From Terriglobia bacterium (GTDB lineage: Bacteria; Acidobacteriota; Terriglobia; JAJPHL01; JAPKYU01): a DNA stretch of 64,000 nt. The notes under the pieces were generated by a model that saw nothing but the letters and a program-made list of their open reading frames with translations, had not been told where the DNA came from and made no database searches. The stretch covers positions 352,001-416,000 of the forward strand of contig CBDBKE010000004.1 in NCBI GenBank assembly GCA_965206645.1. Direction: 5' to 3'. A program made the translations under genes and the position numbers. Positions 1 to 9,713 of the stretch are shown here, piece by piece; position 1 is the stretch's first letter; every line of letters starts with the position of its first letter.

Positions 1-397
1 AGTTTGTCGCGGGTGCGATTCTCCGGTGGCTGCTCCAGGCGCAGATCGAAACCGCGCTCATCAAGCCGGGGAAGCCGTGGCAGAATGCGACCGACGAATC
101 GTTCAACGGGAAGTTCCGCGACGAGTATCTGAGCCTGCAGTGGTTTCGGAACCGCGTGGACGCGAAGGTGGGGATCGAGCAATGGCGACGGCACTACAAC
201 GACGTGCGACCGCACTCGATCCTTGGCTATCTGACGCCAGCCGAGTTCAAAGCGCAGCTCCGTGCTGGCTCGGATGACGGTGGGCGCTCGCCGGCGATGC
301 CGGCTCACGCTGACCAAGAAGAACACGAGAGCGACTTAACCATGCCGACTGGCGCTGTTCTCCAGTAATCGGTGGTCCGAAGAAAGCCGGCAGGTCA
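1..397 (+). mobile_element. Right part of an IS3-family (IS407-like) insertion sequence, truncated by the window edge
   Basis: Frame +3 from base 3 reads ...IKPGKPWQNATDESFNGKFRDEYL...YNDVRPHSILGYLTPAEF (integrase core C-terminus). The element ends ...GGTCCGAAGAAAGCCGGCAGGTCA at 397 (reverse complement TGACCTGCC..., a typical IS3 terminal IR). Confidence 0.85.
3..368 (+). CDS. IS3-family transposase OrfB, C-terminal part (5' partial)
   Basis: PGKPWQN..ESFNGKFRDE and YN..RPHS.LGY.TP motifs. Confidence 0.85.
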   Translation, partial: FVAGAILRWLLQAQIETALIKPGKPWQNATDESFNGKFRDEYLSLQWFRNRVDAKVGIEQWRRHYNDVRPHSILGYLTPAEFKAQLRAGSDDGGRSPAMPAHADQEEHESDLTMPTGAVLQ

Positions 398-916
398 AGT
401 CCACCGGAACAGGTTGTCTCCGAAGAAGATGAGTTTGTTCAAAAGTACCTGGCAAAGGATGTGGGTTCTGGGGGCAGCGCGCCTAGATGGGCGATCCTGA
501 TCGCGGGCAGGCAAGCGACCAGTTATCCGCAGTTGAATTCAGCGGTGGCAGATGTATTGTCGGAAAAGGGCTACCAGAGGGTTTCAGTTTTCCGCCGCTC
601 CCTTCTTCAGGATGCCAGATACGAGGTGTTATATGCAGCTGATCCGTTTCTAATCCGCAGACTGCGTGAATACTGCGATGGTATCATCGTTGGAACTGTG
701 CATTCTGCCTTGCGCCGGGACGCGACAGCGGAAGGTTTACTCACGGCTGAACTTTCACTTAATGTCCGTGTGATAGCTACCGCCACTGGTGGCATCAGGA
801 ACGAATTCAGCATCCGCGAGAACGGCGCCGGCTTCTCATCTGCACAGGCACAAGCACATGCTGAGGAAAGACTTGCACGGAGCTTAGAGGCAAAGCTGCA
901 GGTCGCTGTGCCATAG
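398..916 (+). pseudogene. Hypothetical protein, 3' remnant probably truncated by the IS insertion
   Basis: The frame of ORF 461-916 stays open back to the IS end (SPPEQVVSEEDEFVQKYLAKDVGSGG...). No clear RBS; lower GC than neighbours. Confidence 0.5.
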
Positions 917-1088
917 TCGCTTGGGCGTTCTTGGTTTGTGGGGAGCCGTGTAGCCAAGGACTACCTTGTCCTAAGCCGATCCTTGAAGGCGCGCCTTCCA
1001 CCTACCCTCGCAAGGGCAATCACGTCAAATGACCGAATTGGCTTGGGATGCGCCAATTCCAGTTTCCGCAACCGGCCGCGACTTGTGT

Positions 1089-1952
1089 TCACTTGGGGGA
1101 GGAGACGTAGCCGACGATCCGGTTCTTGTGCACCTGGTTGACTACAATTTCGTGCAGCCCCCGTGACCGCGCCATGTAAAACTGCACCGGCTCGTTCACC
1201 GTCTTGTTTTTCTTCTCAACCTTCTTGTCGTCGGCGTAGAGTTCCAAGGTATAGCGCTGGCGCTTGGTGTTGGTTTTCTTCAGCTTCAACGAAATGTTGC
1301 CAACGCGGCTGGGCCGCTTCTGCTTTCGCAGGTCGAATTCGAAGTAGTTGCGCTCGCCGCGCCTCCGGAGTTCCTCCAACTCCCCTCCGTTCCGGGCAAT
1401 CAGAACGTTGGCCTTGCTGAGGTCCCCGACGGCGGTGGTCAACTGGAGCTTGGTCTCTTCCAGATCCTTGCGGGTGGAGACAATGTCGGCCTTGTTCGTC
1501 GTCACACCCCCAGTCAGCTCACCCAGTCTGGCGGTGGACTCCTCGCGCAGAGTACTCACCTGCTGACCGATCTGGGCCGCCGCCCGCTTCTGCTCTTCGC
1601 CCAGGGCCTGAGACAATTTCCGCGCTCGCGCCAGGTCACGCCTGGTCATGCCCAGCTTTTCTTGGGCCACCATGAGCTCGCCCCGCAGGTCGTTATGTCG
1701 CTCGTCATTGGCCTGGATGTTGGCTTCCAGGCGGCGCATGAGCACGCTGCTTCGTTCCTGCATCTCGGCGAGCCGCTGGTCCAGCGAGGTGCGAGTGGTG
1801 CTTAAGTCGTACAGCAGAAAGATATTGACGATCGCGAGCACCACCAATGCGGCGATGACAGCCGGTGAAAACCAATTGCGAGGACCTTCCGGAGATTGCG
1901 GGGTCTCCGGCTCTTCAGTGAAAATGCTTCCAGTCGGCGGGTTAATGCTCAT
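1089..1952 (-). CDS. Membrane-anchored coiled-coil hypothetical protein
   Basis: 287 aa; single TM segment (VIAALVVLAIVNIFLLY), long heptad-rich region, C-terminal beta-rich domain (ERNYFEFDL...NEPVQFY); GGAGAG RBS. Confidence 0.75.
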   Translation of the reverse strand: MSINPPTGSIFTEEPETPQSPEGPRNWFSPAVIAALVVLAIVNIFLLYDLSTTRTSLDQRLAEMQERSSVLMRRLEANIQANDERHNDLRGELMVAQEKLGMTRRDLARARKLSQALGEEQKRAAAQIGQQVSTLREESTARLGELTGGVTTNKADIVSTRKDLEETKLQLTTAVGDLSKANVLIARNGGELEELRRRGERNYFEFDLRKQKRPSRVGNISLKLKKTNTKRQRYTLELYADDKKVEKKNKTVNEPVQFYMARSRGLHEIVVNQVHKNRIVGYVSSPK

Positions 1953-2341
1953 AACTCTCCTCTCGCGAATATTCTACCACGCTACCCATTGGCGTACGCC
2001 GGGGCGCGGTGACCAGCTTGGATGCCCTCGTTTCTACGACGGACCGGCCACCGGCGCGATGCCTGCTTCGCTGCCAGTTGGGCACTGCCAACTCCTAGTC
2101 GGGCACTACCTTAAGATGCATGCTACCGCGCCCGCGTTTCATCCCATCCAGAAGAGACCATGGCGATCTGAGTTTGAGTCGGTGGGGCGGCCTGAGGTAA
2201 AATGTTAAGTCGAGCGGAAGCTGAACTTGAGAGTTCCCGAGGAAACCGAAGCCCGGGATTCAGCAAGACTGGGATTTGAGCAAGACCGGATTTCAGTAAG
2301 AGAGGACGCAACAAATCTTTAGACACGGGAGGAATCAACTA

Positions 2342-3346
2342 ATGAGAGGCAAGCACTTGGCTTTGGTTTCACTTACTCTCGCGGCGAGCATTACGCTGCT
2401 GTCCCCGGCTTTCGCGCAGGGCGCCGGCTCGAAACAGAAGCTCTCCGGCGTGATCATCAAGCAAGATGCGGATAGCTTTGTTCTGCGAACGGGTAATGGG
2501 ATGGACCAGAAAGTCAAGGTCACGCTTGTCACAGAAATCAAGGAGAAGAAAAAGAATCCCTTCCGGAGCGCAAGGGAGTACGCAGCCAGTGAGCTGCTGC
2601 GCAGCCTGAAGGTGGAGGTGGAAGGGCGGTTAGACGATTCTGGCGTACTGGTTGCCAAAAAGATCCGTTTCACGAACGACGACCTGGAACTGGCCCACGC
2701 GGTCGAGGGAAGAGTGGCGCCGGTGGAAACGCGGGTGGGCAAGGCAGAAGCCAGGATGACGGCGTCGGAGAAGCGACTTGCCCAAAGTGAGGACAACGCG
2801 GAGCGGCTGGCCGGCCAGATCGAGGAGCTGAACACTATCTCGAATGCCGCGCACGGGGAAGCGAAAGCGGCCCAGCAAACAGCAGATGACGCTGTAGCCG
2901 CGGTTCAGGCCACCAACCAAAGAATTGCAGCGCTGGACGATTACCAGCTCGAAAAGAGCGTCACCGTTCAGTTCAAGGCTGGAAGTGCTTTCCTGTCGAT
3001 GGAAGCCAAGGACCTGCTGGACGAACTGGCGGCCTATGCGGAGACCCAGAAGGGGTTTGTCATTGAAATCGCCGGCTTTGCCTCAGCCGATGGGAGCGAA
3101 GAGCTAAACCGTCGTCTCAGCCAGCGCCGGGCTGAGGCGGTTTCTCAGTACCTAGCCGAGAATCACGATATTCCTTTGCGGCGAATGATTATTCCCTTCG
3201 GGTATGGTGAGTCGCATCCCGTTGCTGACAACTCTACGCGCCAGGGTCGAGAGGGAAACCGGCGTGTGGAAGTCAGGGTCCTGGTCAACCGGGGCTTGAC
3301 AATGACTACGGAGCCGCAAGCCAACCTGGTTAAGCAGGAAGGGTGA
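2342..3346 (+). CDS. OmpA-family peptidoglycan-binding protein with N-terminal OB-like domain and coiled coil
   Basis: Signal peptide; C-terminal NRRLSQRRAEAV, GYGESHPVADN, NRRVEV OmpA_C motifs; GGAGG RBS. Confidence 0.9.
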   Translation: MRGKHLALVSLTLAASITLLSPAFAQGAGSKQKLSGVIIKQDADSFVLRTGNGMDQKVKVTLVTEIKEKKKNPFRSAREYAASELLRSLKVEVEGRLDDSGVLVAKKIRFTNDDLELAHAVEGRVAPVETRVGKAEARMTASEKRLAQSEDNAERLAGQIEELNTISNAAHGEAKAAQQTADDAVAAVQATNQRIAALDDYQLEKSVTVQFKAGSAFLSMEAKDLLDELAAYAETQKGFVIEIAGFASADGSEELNRRLSQRRAEAVSQYLAENHDIPLRRMIIPFGYGESHPVADNSTRQGREGNRRVEVRVLVNRGLTMTTEPQANLVKQEG

Positions 3347-3387
3347 AGTAGGCAGGCAGTGGCCTAGTCTCGCCAGGGCCTACAGCG

Positions 3388-4479
3388 ATGGGCGGAACAT
3401 TCCGAGGCGCGGCTGCCGTGCACCCACGAAATTTGAGGGTCAGGGTCACACGCTTCCTGCTTTTTCTTGGCCTGCTGAGCGGGCTGCTGAGCCTGCTGCC
3501 GCAGCGCGAGCCTCACACGCTGGCGGGCACCCCACACTCCACCACGAGCCTGAACCAGGGAAGCGAGCGCACGGCGTTCACGCTTATTGCGCGAAAGGCA
3601 CTTGTACCGGGTACGCGGCAAAATCCAGGGTCGGTCATCCGGGTGAGTTCGAACCTGGTGACCGTGCCTGTCTCGGTAACGGACACCTTTGGACAGCCGC
3701 TGCGCGACCTGACCGCTGCGGACTTCGAAATCAAAGAAGACAAGCAACTGCAGCGTGTGATCAGCCTAGGCGAACCGGGGAAGACGCCGATCGACTTGGC
3801 GCTGGTCCTCGACGTTTCCGGCAGCGTACGTAAGCGCCTTCAGTTCGAGCAAAAGGCAGCGACAAACTTCCTGAAGCTGGTGCTCAAACCTGGCGACACG
3901 GTGTCGGTCTTCGCTCTCGGCCTGGCTTTGAGGCTGGTGCAGCCGCGGACCACAAGACTGGAAGCGGGGATGTCCGGCGTGATGGCCTTGAAAGCCACAA
4001 GGGAACCCACGGCGTTCTTCGCTGCCGTGATCGAGGCAGCGAGCTACTTGGCCGACCACGCGCAGCCGGGCACTCGGCGAGCGTTGCTGGTGATGTCCGA
4101 TGGGGAAGACAACAACAGCCTTAGCTATCAGCTCAGTGATGCGCTCAGAGAACTCCAACGGGCTGACTGCTTGTTCTACTCCATCAACCCGAGTGGGCCG
4201 GCAATCAGACTAAACCCGATCAGCCTGAAGGGACAGGAGGCGATGGCAGCTCTGGCGGCGGAGACTGGCGGCGCTTTTGTCCCGGCTACACCCCAGGAGC
4301 TGGAAGCGGCTCTCGGACAGATTGCTAGCGAGCTCCAGGCGCAATACCTGCTGGGATACTACTCAAAGGAAGCGCGACAAGACGGCGGATTCCGAGCAAT
4401 CACCGTGAGCGTACCCGGAAGGCCTAACCTCCGAGTTCGCGCACGCAGGGGGTACTACGCGACGACATTCCAGCCTTGA
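3388..4479 (+). CDS. VWA domain protein (acidobacterial type); start uncertain
   Basis: MIDAS DVSGS, SDGEDN, ETGG; C-terminal QYLLGY...FRAITVSV...VRARRGYY. Confidence 0.85.
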   Translation: MGGTFRGAAAVHPRNLRVRVTRFLLFLGLLSGLLSLLPQREPHTLAGTPHSTTSLNQGSERTAFTLIARKALVPGTRQNPGSVIRVSSNLVTVPVSVTDTFGQPLRDLTAADFEIKEDKQLQRVISLGEPGKTPIDLALVLDVSGSVRKRLQFEQKAATNFLKLVLKPGDTVSVFALGLALRLVQPRTTRLEAGMSGVMALKATREPTAFFAAVIEAASYLADHAQPGTRRALLVMSDGEDNNSLSYQLSDALRELQRADCLFYSINPSGPAIRLNPISLKGQEAMAALAAETGGAFVPATPQELEAALGQIASELQAQYLLGYYSKEARQDGGFRAITVSVPGRPNLRVRARRGYYATTFQP

Positions 4480-4581
4480 AGGTGCGCATTGACCCTGACC
4501 ACGCCACGGCTGTCGCCCACCGCCATGTGGGATCTTGTCGAGGAAGCCTCTGGCCAGTCAGGCACGACTTGATTTTCCCTG

Positions 4582-4611
4582 TTGGCCCGTCGCGGTGGTT
4601 TGTGTTATCCT
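4582..4611 (+). promoter_or_regulatory. Putative sigma70 promoter of rpsO-pnp
   Basis: TTGGCC-N18-TATCCT with extended -10 TG, about 55 bp upstream of rpsO. Confidence 0.3.
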
Positions 4612-4664
4612 GCGTTCGAGACAGAGAGAGGTTGAAACCGAAGAAGGAGTAAGAAGGCGGATTG

Positions 4665-4934
4665 ATGCCCCTGGTTGCCGACCAAAAAGGAGCCATAATT
4701 GCGAAATTTCGGCTTGGTCCGAAAGATGTTGGCTCCTCCGACGTCCAGATTGCATTGCTGACGGAACGGATTACGCAACTCACCGGACACCTGAAGTCGC
4801 ATCGCAAGGACCACGGTTCCCGTCGGGGCCTGCTGATCATGGTGAGCACGAGGCGCCGCCTGTTGAAGTACCTGAAACGGACCGAGACGGAGCGCTACCG
4901 GCAGGTAATCGAGAAATTGGGCCTCCGTCGCTAG
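4665..4934 (+). CDS. rpsO: 30S ribosomal protein S15
   Basis: [30 protein letters not shown]...RRRLLKYL; upstream of pnp. Confidence 0.97.
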   Translation: MPLVADQKGAIIAKFRLGPKDVGSSDVQIALLTERITQLTGHLKSHRKDHGSRRGLLIMVSTRRRLLKYLKRTETERYRQVIEKLGLRR

Positions 4935-5069
4935 CCCGCATTTCCTCCAATTCTTTCTTCTCTGCCTTTCTCAGACAGCGCAGTTAAAAAAAAGAGAGAT
5001 GGCCCCTCGCGCTAGGGCAACACCAGCCAACTAGCTTTGGGGACATGCCAGAGGAGTTGAGATTTGCCA

Positions 5070-7205
5070 ATGTCACAGAATGTGCAGGAAGTAAGTATTG
5101 AGCTGGGGAATAGCCAGCTCTCGATTCAAACCGGGAAGTTGGCCAAGCAGGCCGGCGGGGCGGTGCTCGTGCGCTTCGGCGATTCGATGGTGCTGGCCTC
5201 GGCCTGCGCCAACCAGGAGCCCCGCGAGGGCATTGATTTCTTCCCCTTGACGGTGGACTACCGCGAGTACACCTACGCCGCTGGCAAGATCCCCGGCGGT
5301 TTCTTTAAGCGCGAAGGGCGACCAACCGAGAAGGAGATTCTGACCAGCCGGCGGATTGACCGGCCGATTCGCCCGCTGTTTGCTAAGGGCTTTCGCTGCG
5401 AAACGCAAGTCGTTGCCCTGACCCTGTCGGCCGATACCGACAATGACCCGGACGTGCTAGGCCTGGTGGGAGCTTCGGCAGCGTTGCATCTTTCCGACAT
5501 TCCGTTCCGGACGCCGATTGCCGCGGTCCGTGTGGGCCTCGTCAACGGCAGCTTCGTTGTCAACCCCACTTACCTTGAGAGGTCGCAGAGCTTACTGAAC
5601 CTGCTTGTGGCGACCAGCGAGCAAGGTATCGTGATGGTGGAATCCGACGCCCAGCAGGTGGCCGAGGGGACAGTGATGGACGCGCTGGAATTTGGGCACC
5701 AGCAGTGCAAGAAGATCATTGCTGCCATCGAGGACCTGCATGCCAAAGCCGGCGTGCCCAAACGCGAGGTGGTCGAACCGGAACTGGATCGCGCGCTGTA
5801 TGCCCAGGTGGAGGGCAGCTACCGCGACCGCCTGAAGGAGGCGCTGGATACAGCCAAGCAGCAGAAGCAGGAAAGCGTCCTGCAGGTGAAGGCGCTGAAA
5901 AAGGAACTGGTGGGCTCCTACCCGCCCGAGGAATCCGAAAAAGCAGCCGCGGCTGGCAAGCTATTCGGCCATCTGCGGGAGCAGATCTTCCGTGAGGAAC
6001 TGTTACAACAGCGCCGCCGGCCCGACGCGCGCGCCTTTGACAAGGTCCGCACCATCCAGTGCGAGGTCGGCTTGCTGCCGCGCACTCACGGCTCGGCGCT
6101 GTTCACCCGCGGGGAAACTCAGGCACTGGTGACCGCGACTCTGGGCACGAAGGAAGACGCGCAACGGATGGATGCTCTGGAGCCCGGCGAGCACTTTAAG
6201 CGCTTCATGATGCACTACAACTTTCCCCCCTTCAGCGTGGGGGAGGTGGCCTTCCTGCGAGGTCCGGGGCGGCGCGAGATCGGCCACGGCGCTCTGGCCG
6301 AGCGCGCCTTGCTTCCGGTGCTCCCCGAAGAGGCGGTCTTCCCCTATACCATCCGGGTGGTTTCCGACATTCTGGAATCTAACGGATCCAGCTCCATGGC
6401 CTCGGCCTCCGGAGCGACCCTGGCACTGATGGATGCGGGCGTTCCGATCAAGGCGCCGGTGGCCGGCATCGCCATGGGCCTGGTGATGGGCGACGACGGG
6501 TCCTATTCGATCCTGACCGACATTGCGGGAGCCGAAGACCACTACGGCGATATGGACCTGAAAGTGGCCGGCACACGCGAGGGCATTACCGCTCTGCAAA
6601 TGGATATCAAAGTCGCCCGCGTCACGACGGAAATTCTTCGAGAAGCGTTGGAGCAGGCACGGCATGCCCGACTGTACATCCTGGACCGGATGCTAGAAAC
6701 GCTGCCCGAACCGCGCACGGCCATCTCTGCCTATGCGCCCCGAATCTACGTCATGCACATCCCCCCGGACAAGATCCGCGATGTCATCGGGCCGGGCGGC
6801 AAAATCATCCGCTCCATCATTGAGCGAACCGGCGTCAAGATTAACGTCGAGGACGACGGCTCGGTGCACATCGCGTCTTCCGACGAAGCCTCGGCGGGGC
6901 GCGCAATGCAGATCGTTGCCGATCTGACGGCCTCGGCCGAGATGGGCAAGACGTACCTGGGGAAGGTTGTTCGCATCGTGGATTTCGGGGCCTTCGTGGA
7001 AATCATTCCCGGCACTGATGGGCTGCTCCACATCAGCGAAATCGCCGAGCAGCGGGTTCGCGCGGTTGGCGACGAGCTGCGGGAAGGCGACCAGATCCTG
7101 GTGAAAGTCATCAACATTGATGGGAACAAGGTCAAGCTGAGCCGCAAAGCCGTACTCCGCGACCAGCGTGAGAAGCGGAAAACGGCGGAGGCGACAAATA
7201 GCTAG
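5070..7205 (+). CDS. pnp: Polyribonucleotide nucleotidyltransferase (PNPase)
   Basis: DFFPLTVDYRE, GKIPGGFFKREGRP, RREIGHG, SNGSSSMAS, KH and S1 domains. Confidence 0.98.
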   Translation: MSQNVQEVSIELGNSQLSIQTGKLAKQAGGAVLVRFGDSMVLASACANQEPREGIDFFPLTVDYREYTYAAGKIPGGFFKREGRPTEKEILTSRRIDRPIRPLFAKGFRCETQVVALTLSADTDNDPDVLGLVGASAALHLSDIPFRTPIAAVRVGLVNGSFVVNPTYLERSQSLLNLLVATSEQGIVMVESDAQQVAEGTVMDALEFGHQQCKKIIAAIEDLHAKAGVPKREVVEPELDRALYAQVEGSYRDRLKEALDTAKQQKQESVLQVKALKKELVGSYPPEESEKAAAAGKLFGHLREQIFREELLQQRRRPDARAFDKVRTIQCEVGLLPRTHGSALFTRGETQALVTATLGTKEDAQRMDALEPGEHFKRFMMHYNFPPFSVGEVAFLRGPGRREIGHGALAERALLPVLPEEAVFPYTIRVVSDILESNGSSSMASASGATLALMDAGVPIKAPVAGIAMGLVMGDDGSYSILTDIAGAEDHYGDMDLKVAGTREGITALQMDIKVARVTTEILREALEQARHARLYILDRMLETLPEPRTAISAYAPRIYVMHIPPDKIRDVIGPGGKIIRSIIERTGVKINVEDDGSVHIASSDEASAGRAMQIVADLTASAEMGKTYLGKVVRIVDFGAFVEIIPGTDGLLHISEIAEQRVRAVGDELREGDQILVKVINIDGNKVKLSRKAVLRDQREKRKTAEATNS

Positions 7206-7293
7206 GGCTCAGGTGCTAGGTGTCAGCTACCTTGGCGGTTAAAGCTGGGCAAGTCAAACCCGGCTTCTGATACCTGACACCCGTACCTAACAC
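7205..7293. repeat. Heptamer-type short repeats in inverted arrangement (possible hairpin after pnp)
   Basis: AGGTGCT AGGTGTC AG ... CTGATAC CTGACAC ... CCTAACAC. Confidence 0.4.
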
Positions 7294-8085
7294 ATGACAC
7301 CTGCTTGTATGCCGTTGTACCTGCTGGGGCTGGTAGGTTTAGGAGCCGGTGCAGGTTTGCTTGGGTCCCTGTTGGGAATCGGCGGCGGGCTGCTTATTAG
7401 TCCTTTCCTGATCCTTTTGTTCGGCGTCCCCATCGAACAGGCGATTGCTACCAGCCTGGTCGCGATCATCGCCACGTCCAGTGTCGCTGCCAGTTTCTAC
7501 GTGCAGGAGAAGCTCAGCGACATTCGCTTGGGAATGGTCCTGGAGCTGGCCACCACGCTTGGGGCCGTCAGCGGCGCTCTCACCGCCGGGTTGCTGAGCC
7601 GGCGCTGGCTGACCCTCATCTTCAGTTCGTTTCTGCTTTACGCTGGCAGCACTTTGGTGCGCCGCGCACTGAAGCCACGGCCCCGTGAAGAGGATCTGAC
7701 TGACTACCAGGTGCGGCGCCTCCCTCTGGGTATGGGGATTTCCTATCTGGCTGGGAACATTTCCGGCCTGCTGGGAGTGGGCGGCGGTCCCGTTAAGGTT
7801 CCCATGATGTACTTGCTGATGGGGGTGCCGCTGAAAGTGGCCACAGCCACCAGTAATTTCATGATCGGCGTGACGGCAGCGGCAAGCGCCTTCATCTACT
7901 ACCTGCGGGGCGACGTTCTGGTGTACCCTACGGCCCCAGTGGTGGTTGGGGTTTTTGTGGGCTCTCTGGCCGGGTCGCGCATCTTCCCGCGGGTACCCAC
8001 GCGTTGGATTCTCTGGTTGTTTGTGGGCCTGATGTTTTACCTGGCTCTTTCCATGGGCCTGCAAGGCTTGCGAATGGAGGGATAG
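7294..8085 (+). CDS. Sulfite exporter TauE/SafE (TSUP) family membrane protein
   Basis: GLLGSLLGIGGG, AIATSL, SGLLGVGGG, ATATSNFMIGVTAA; about 8 TM segments. Confidence 0.92.
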   Translation: MTPACMPLYLLGLVGLGAGAGLLGSLLGIGGGLLISPFLILLFGVPIEQAIATSLVAIIATSSVAASFYVQEKLSDIRLGMVLELATTLGAVSGALTAGLLSRRWLTLIFSSFLLYAGSTLVRRALKPRPREEDLTDYQVRRLPLGMGISYLAGNISGLLGVGGGPVKVPMMYLLMGVPLKVATATSNFMIGVTAAASAFIYYLRGDVLVYPTAPVVVGVFVGSLAGSRIFPRVPTRWILWLFVGLMFYLALSMGLQGLRMEG

Positions 8086-8087
8086 GG

Positions 8088-8447
8088 TTGGGCACAGTGA
8101 CACACAAGGTGGCGCGCGAAGATGACACCATTCGCTGGATTTCATGGGTCCTCAGGTTAGGCTCCTACGGCTCGGCCTTGCTGATGCTGGTAGGGGTCCT
8201 GATGGCGCTGGCTCGGCCCGGCCGTCGAGCGACCTATCCGCTGGAGACTCTCGCCAGTCATCTGCTGCTCCTGGATGCCACCGCGGTGATGCAGGCCGGC
8301 ATCACCTTGCTTCTTCTGACGCCAGTCATGCGCATCGTGGTGGCGATCATCTGCTTTGCACGCGAGGGCGACTACCGCTACGCATGGATCTCGAGCGGGG
8401 TCCTGCTCATCGTGATTTCCTCGGTCCTGTTTCGTGTTCTCCTCTAA
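8088..8447 (+). CDS. DUF1634-family membrane protein
   Basis: ISWVLRLG, GITLLLLTPVMRIV, FAREGD.RYA; usual partner of TauE; TTG start after GGAGG. Confidence 0.8.
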   Translation: MGTVTHKVAREDDTIRWISWVLRLGSYGSALLMLVGVLMALARPGRRATYPLETLASHLLLLDATAVMQAGITLLLLTPVMRIVVAIICFAREGDYRYAWISSGVLLIVISSVLFRVLL

Positions 8448-8480
8448 GGAGTTGTGATAGAATTGTGGTGAGAGGTGCCT

Positions 8481-9422
8481 ATGACCGTGGGCAAACTTTC
8501 GCTCCTGCTGGCCCTTCCACTGGCGGTACCTGCGGCGGCGCAACACGTCATCTCGGCGCGTGCCGGTTACGTGAATTACTGGCAGGGCGCGGTGACGCTG
8601 CCCACCGGCCCGGACGAAAAGATCAAGCGGCAAATCGCCGAAGGCCAGAGTGTAACGACCGAGCGGGGGCGCCTGGAACTGCTTCTGACTCCGGGCAGTT
8701 TTCTGCGCCTGGACCGCCACTCCACAGTCCGGCTGCTCTCCTCGCGGCTTGCAGACGTTCGCGTCGAGCTGGTTTCGGGCACCGCCATGCTGGAAGTGAA
8801 CGAAACTCGGAAGGGAACTTCCATTGTGATGCTATGGCGGGAACACACGATTCCCATCAAGCGCACCGGGCTATATCGCTTCGAAGCTGCTCAGGACTCC
8901 TTGCGCGTCCATGTCGAAAAAGGCAAGTTGCGAGTGCCCGGGAAGAAGGGCCCCCTCAAGGGGGGGAGGTACGTGGAGTTGGCCGCGGCGGGAACTGCCA
9001 GCGCGGCAGTCAAGTACAACCGGAAGGACCTGGATGAGTTTGACCGTTGGAACCGGTTCCGATCCTCGGAACTGGCCACCGCCTCCTATGCAGCGGTCAA
9101 TAGTTTCCGCAATCAACGCTCCTCCTTACTGTCCACCGGGCGGTCCAGCCAGTGGTTCTTCCATTCCGGGTTCGGCTACTACACCTTCCTGCCGTACCGC
9201 TACTCAATCCGATCGCCCTTTGGCTTTGTTTACCGTTGCCCTCGTCCTCGTTATGTCTATCGACAACCCTCCGGGGATGGGTATCCCGGCGGAGCCTGGG
9301 CAGGCCGACCCAGGACCTCAGCGAGATCGAGGCCTTCCGGAAGACCTTCCTCGGGTAGTGGATGGGGGGCAAGCTCCGGCAGGAAAAGGGGCGGCAGCCT
9401 GCCGTCTCGTCGTCCCCGCTAA
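8481..9422 (+). CDS. FecR-like domain secreted protein
   Basis: Signal peptide, QHVISARAG.VNY.QG, GRLELLLTPGSFLRL, DEFDRWN, low-complexity Gly/Ser/Arg tail. Confidence 0.75.
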   Translation: MTVGKLSLLLALPLAVPAAAQHVISARAGYVNYWQGAVTLPTGPDEKIKRQIAEGQSVTTERGRLELLLTPGSFLRLDRHSTVRLLSSRLADVRVELVSGTAMLEVNETRKGTSIVMLWREHTIPIKRTGLYRFEAAQDSLRVHVEKGKLRVPGKKGPLKGGRYVELAAAGTASAAVKYNRKDLDEFDRWNRFRSSELATASYAAVNSFRNQRSSLLSTGRSSQWFFHSGFGYYTFLPYRYSIRSPFGFVYRCPRPRYVYRQPSGDGYPGGAWAGRPRTSARSRPSGRPSSGSGWGASSGRKRGGSLPSRRPR

Positions 9423-9534
9423 CGTTCGTCACGCCGTTGAATGTCTACCCAGCATGTGGGCTTGCTATGTCTCACTCAGGGAACTCTTCCAACACCCCTT
9501 GGGGTGCATATAACCCCTAGACAAATCAGAGGAT

Positions 9535-9557
9535 TCCGCTTAACATCCGCTTAACAT
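9535..9557 (+). promoter_or_regulatory. 11-bp tandem direct repeat (TTAACA-N5-TTAACA), putative OmpR/PhoB-family binding box
   Basis: TCCGCTTAACA TCCGCTTAACA T, about 160 bp upstream of 9714. Confidence 0.5.
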
Positions 9558-9713
9558 TGCGCAGCCGCCGTTGAGAGTAGCGGCGTTGCCTTTCAATGGA
9601 AAGCGATTTGCTGAAGTCCTAGTGTTGCGTGTAGGATGCTCAATGTATTCCTGTGCATGGGGTCCCGCTTCTGCATGCACGTGAGCGCAGTTTAATTTCA
9701 TGCGAGGAGAGCG

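Noticed and set aside
4935-5069. rpsO-pnp spacer as an RNase III-processed hairpin
   Set aside because: Plausible by analogy with E. coli, but pairing is weak by eye and cannot be supported without folding.
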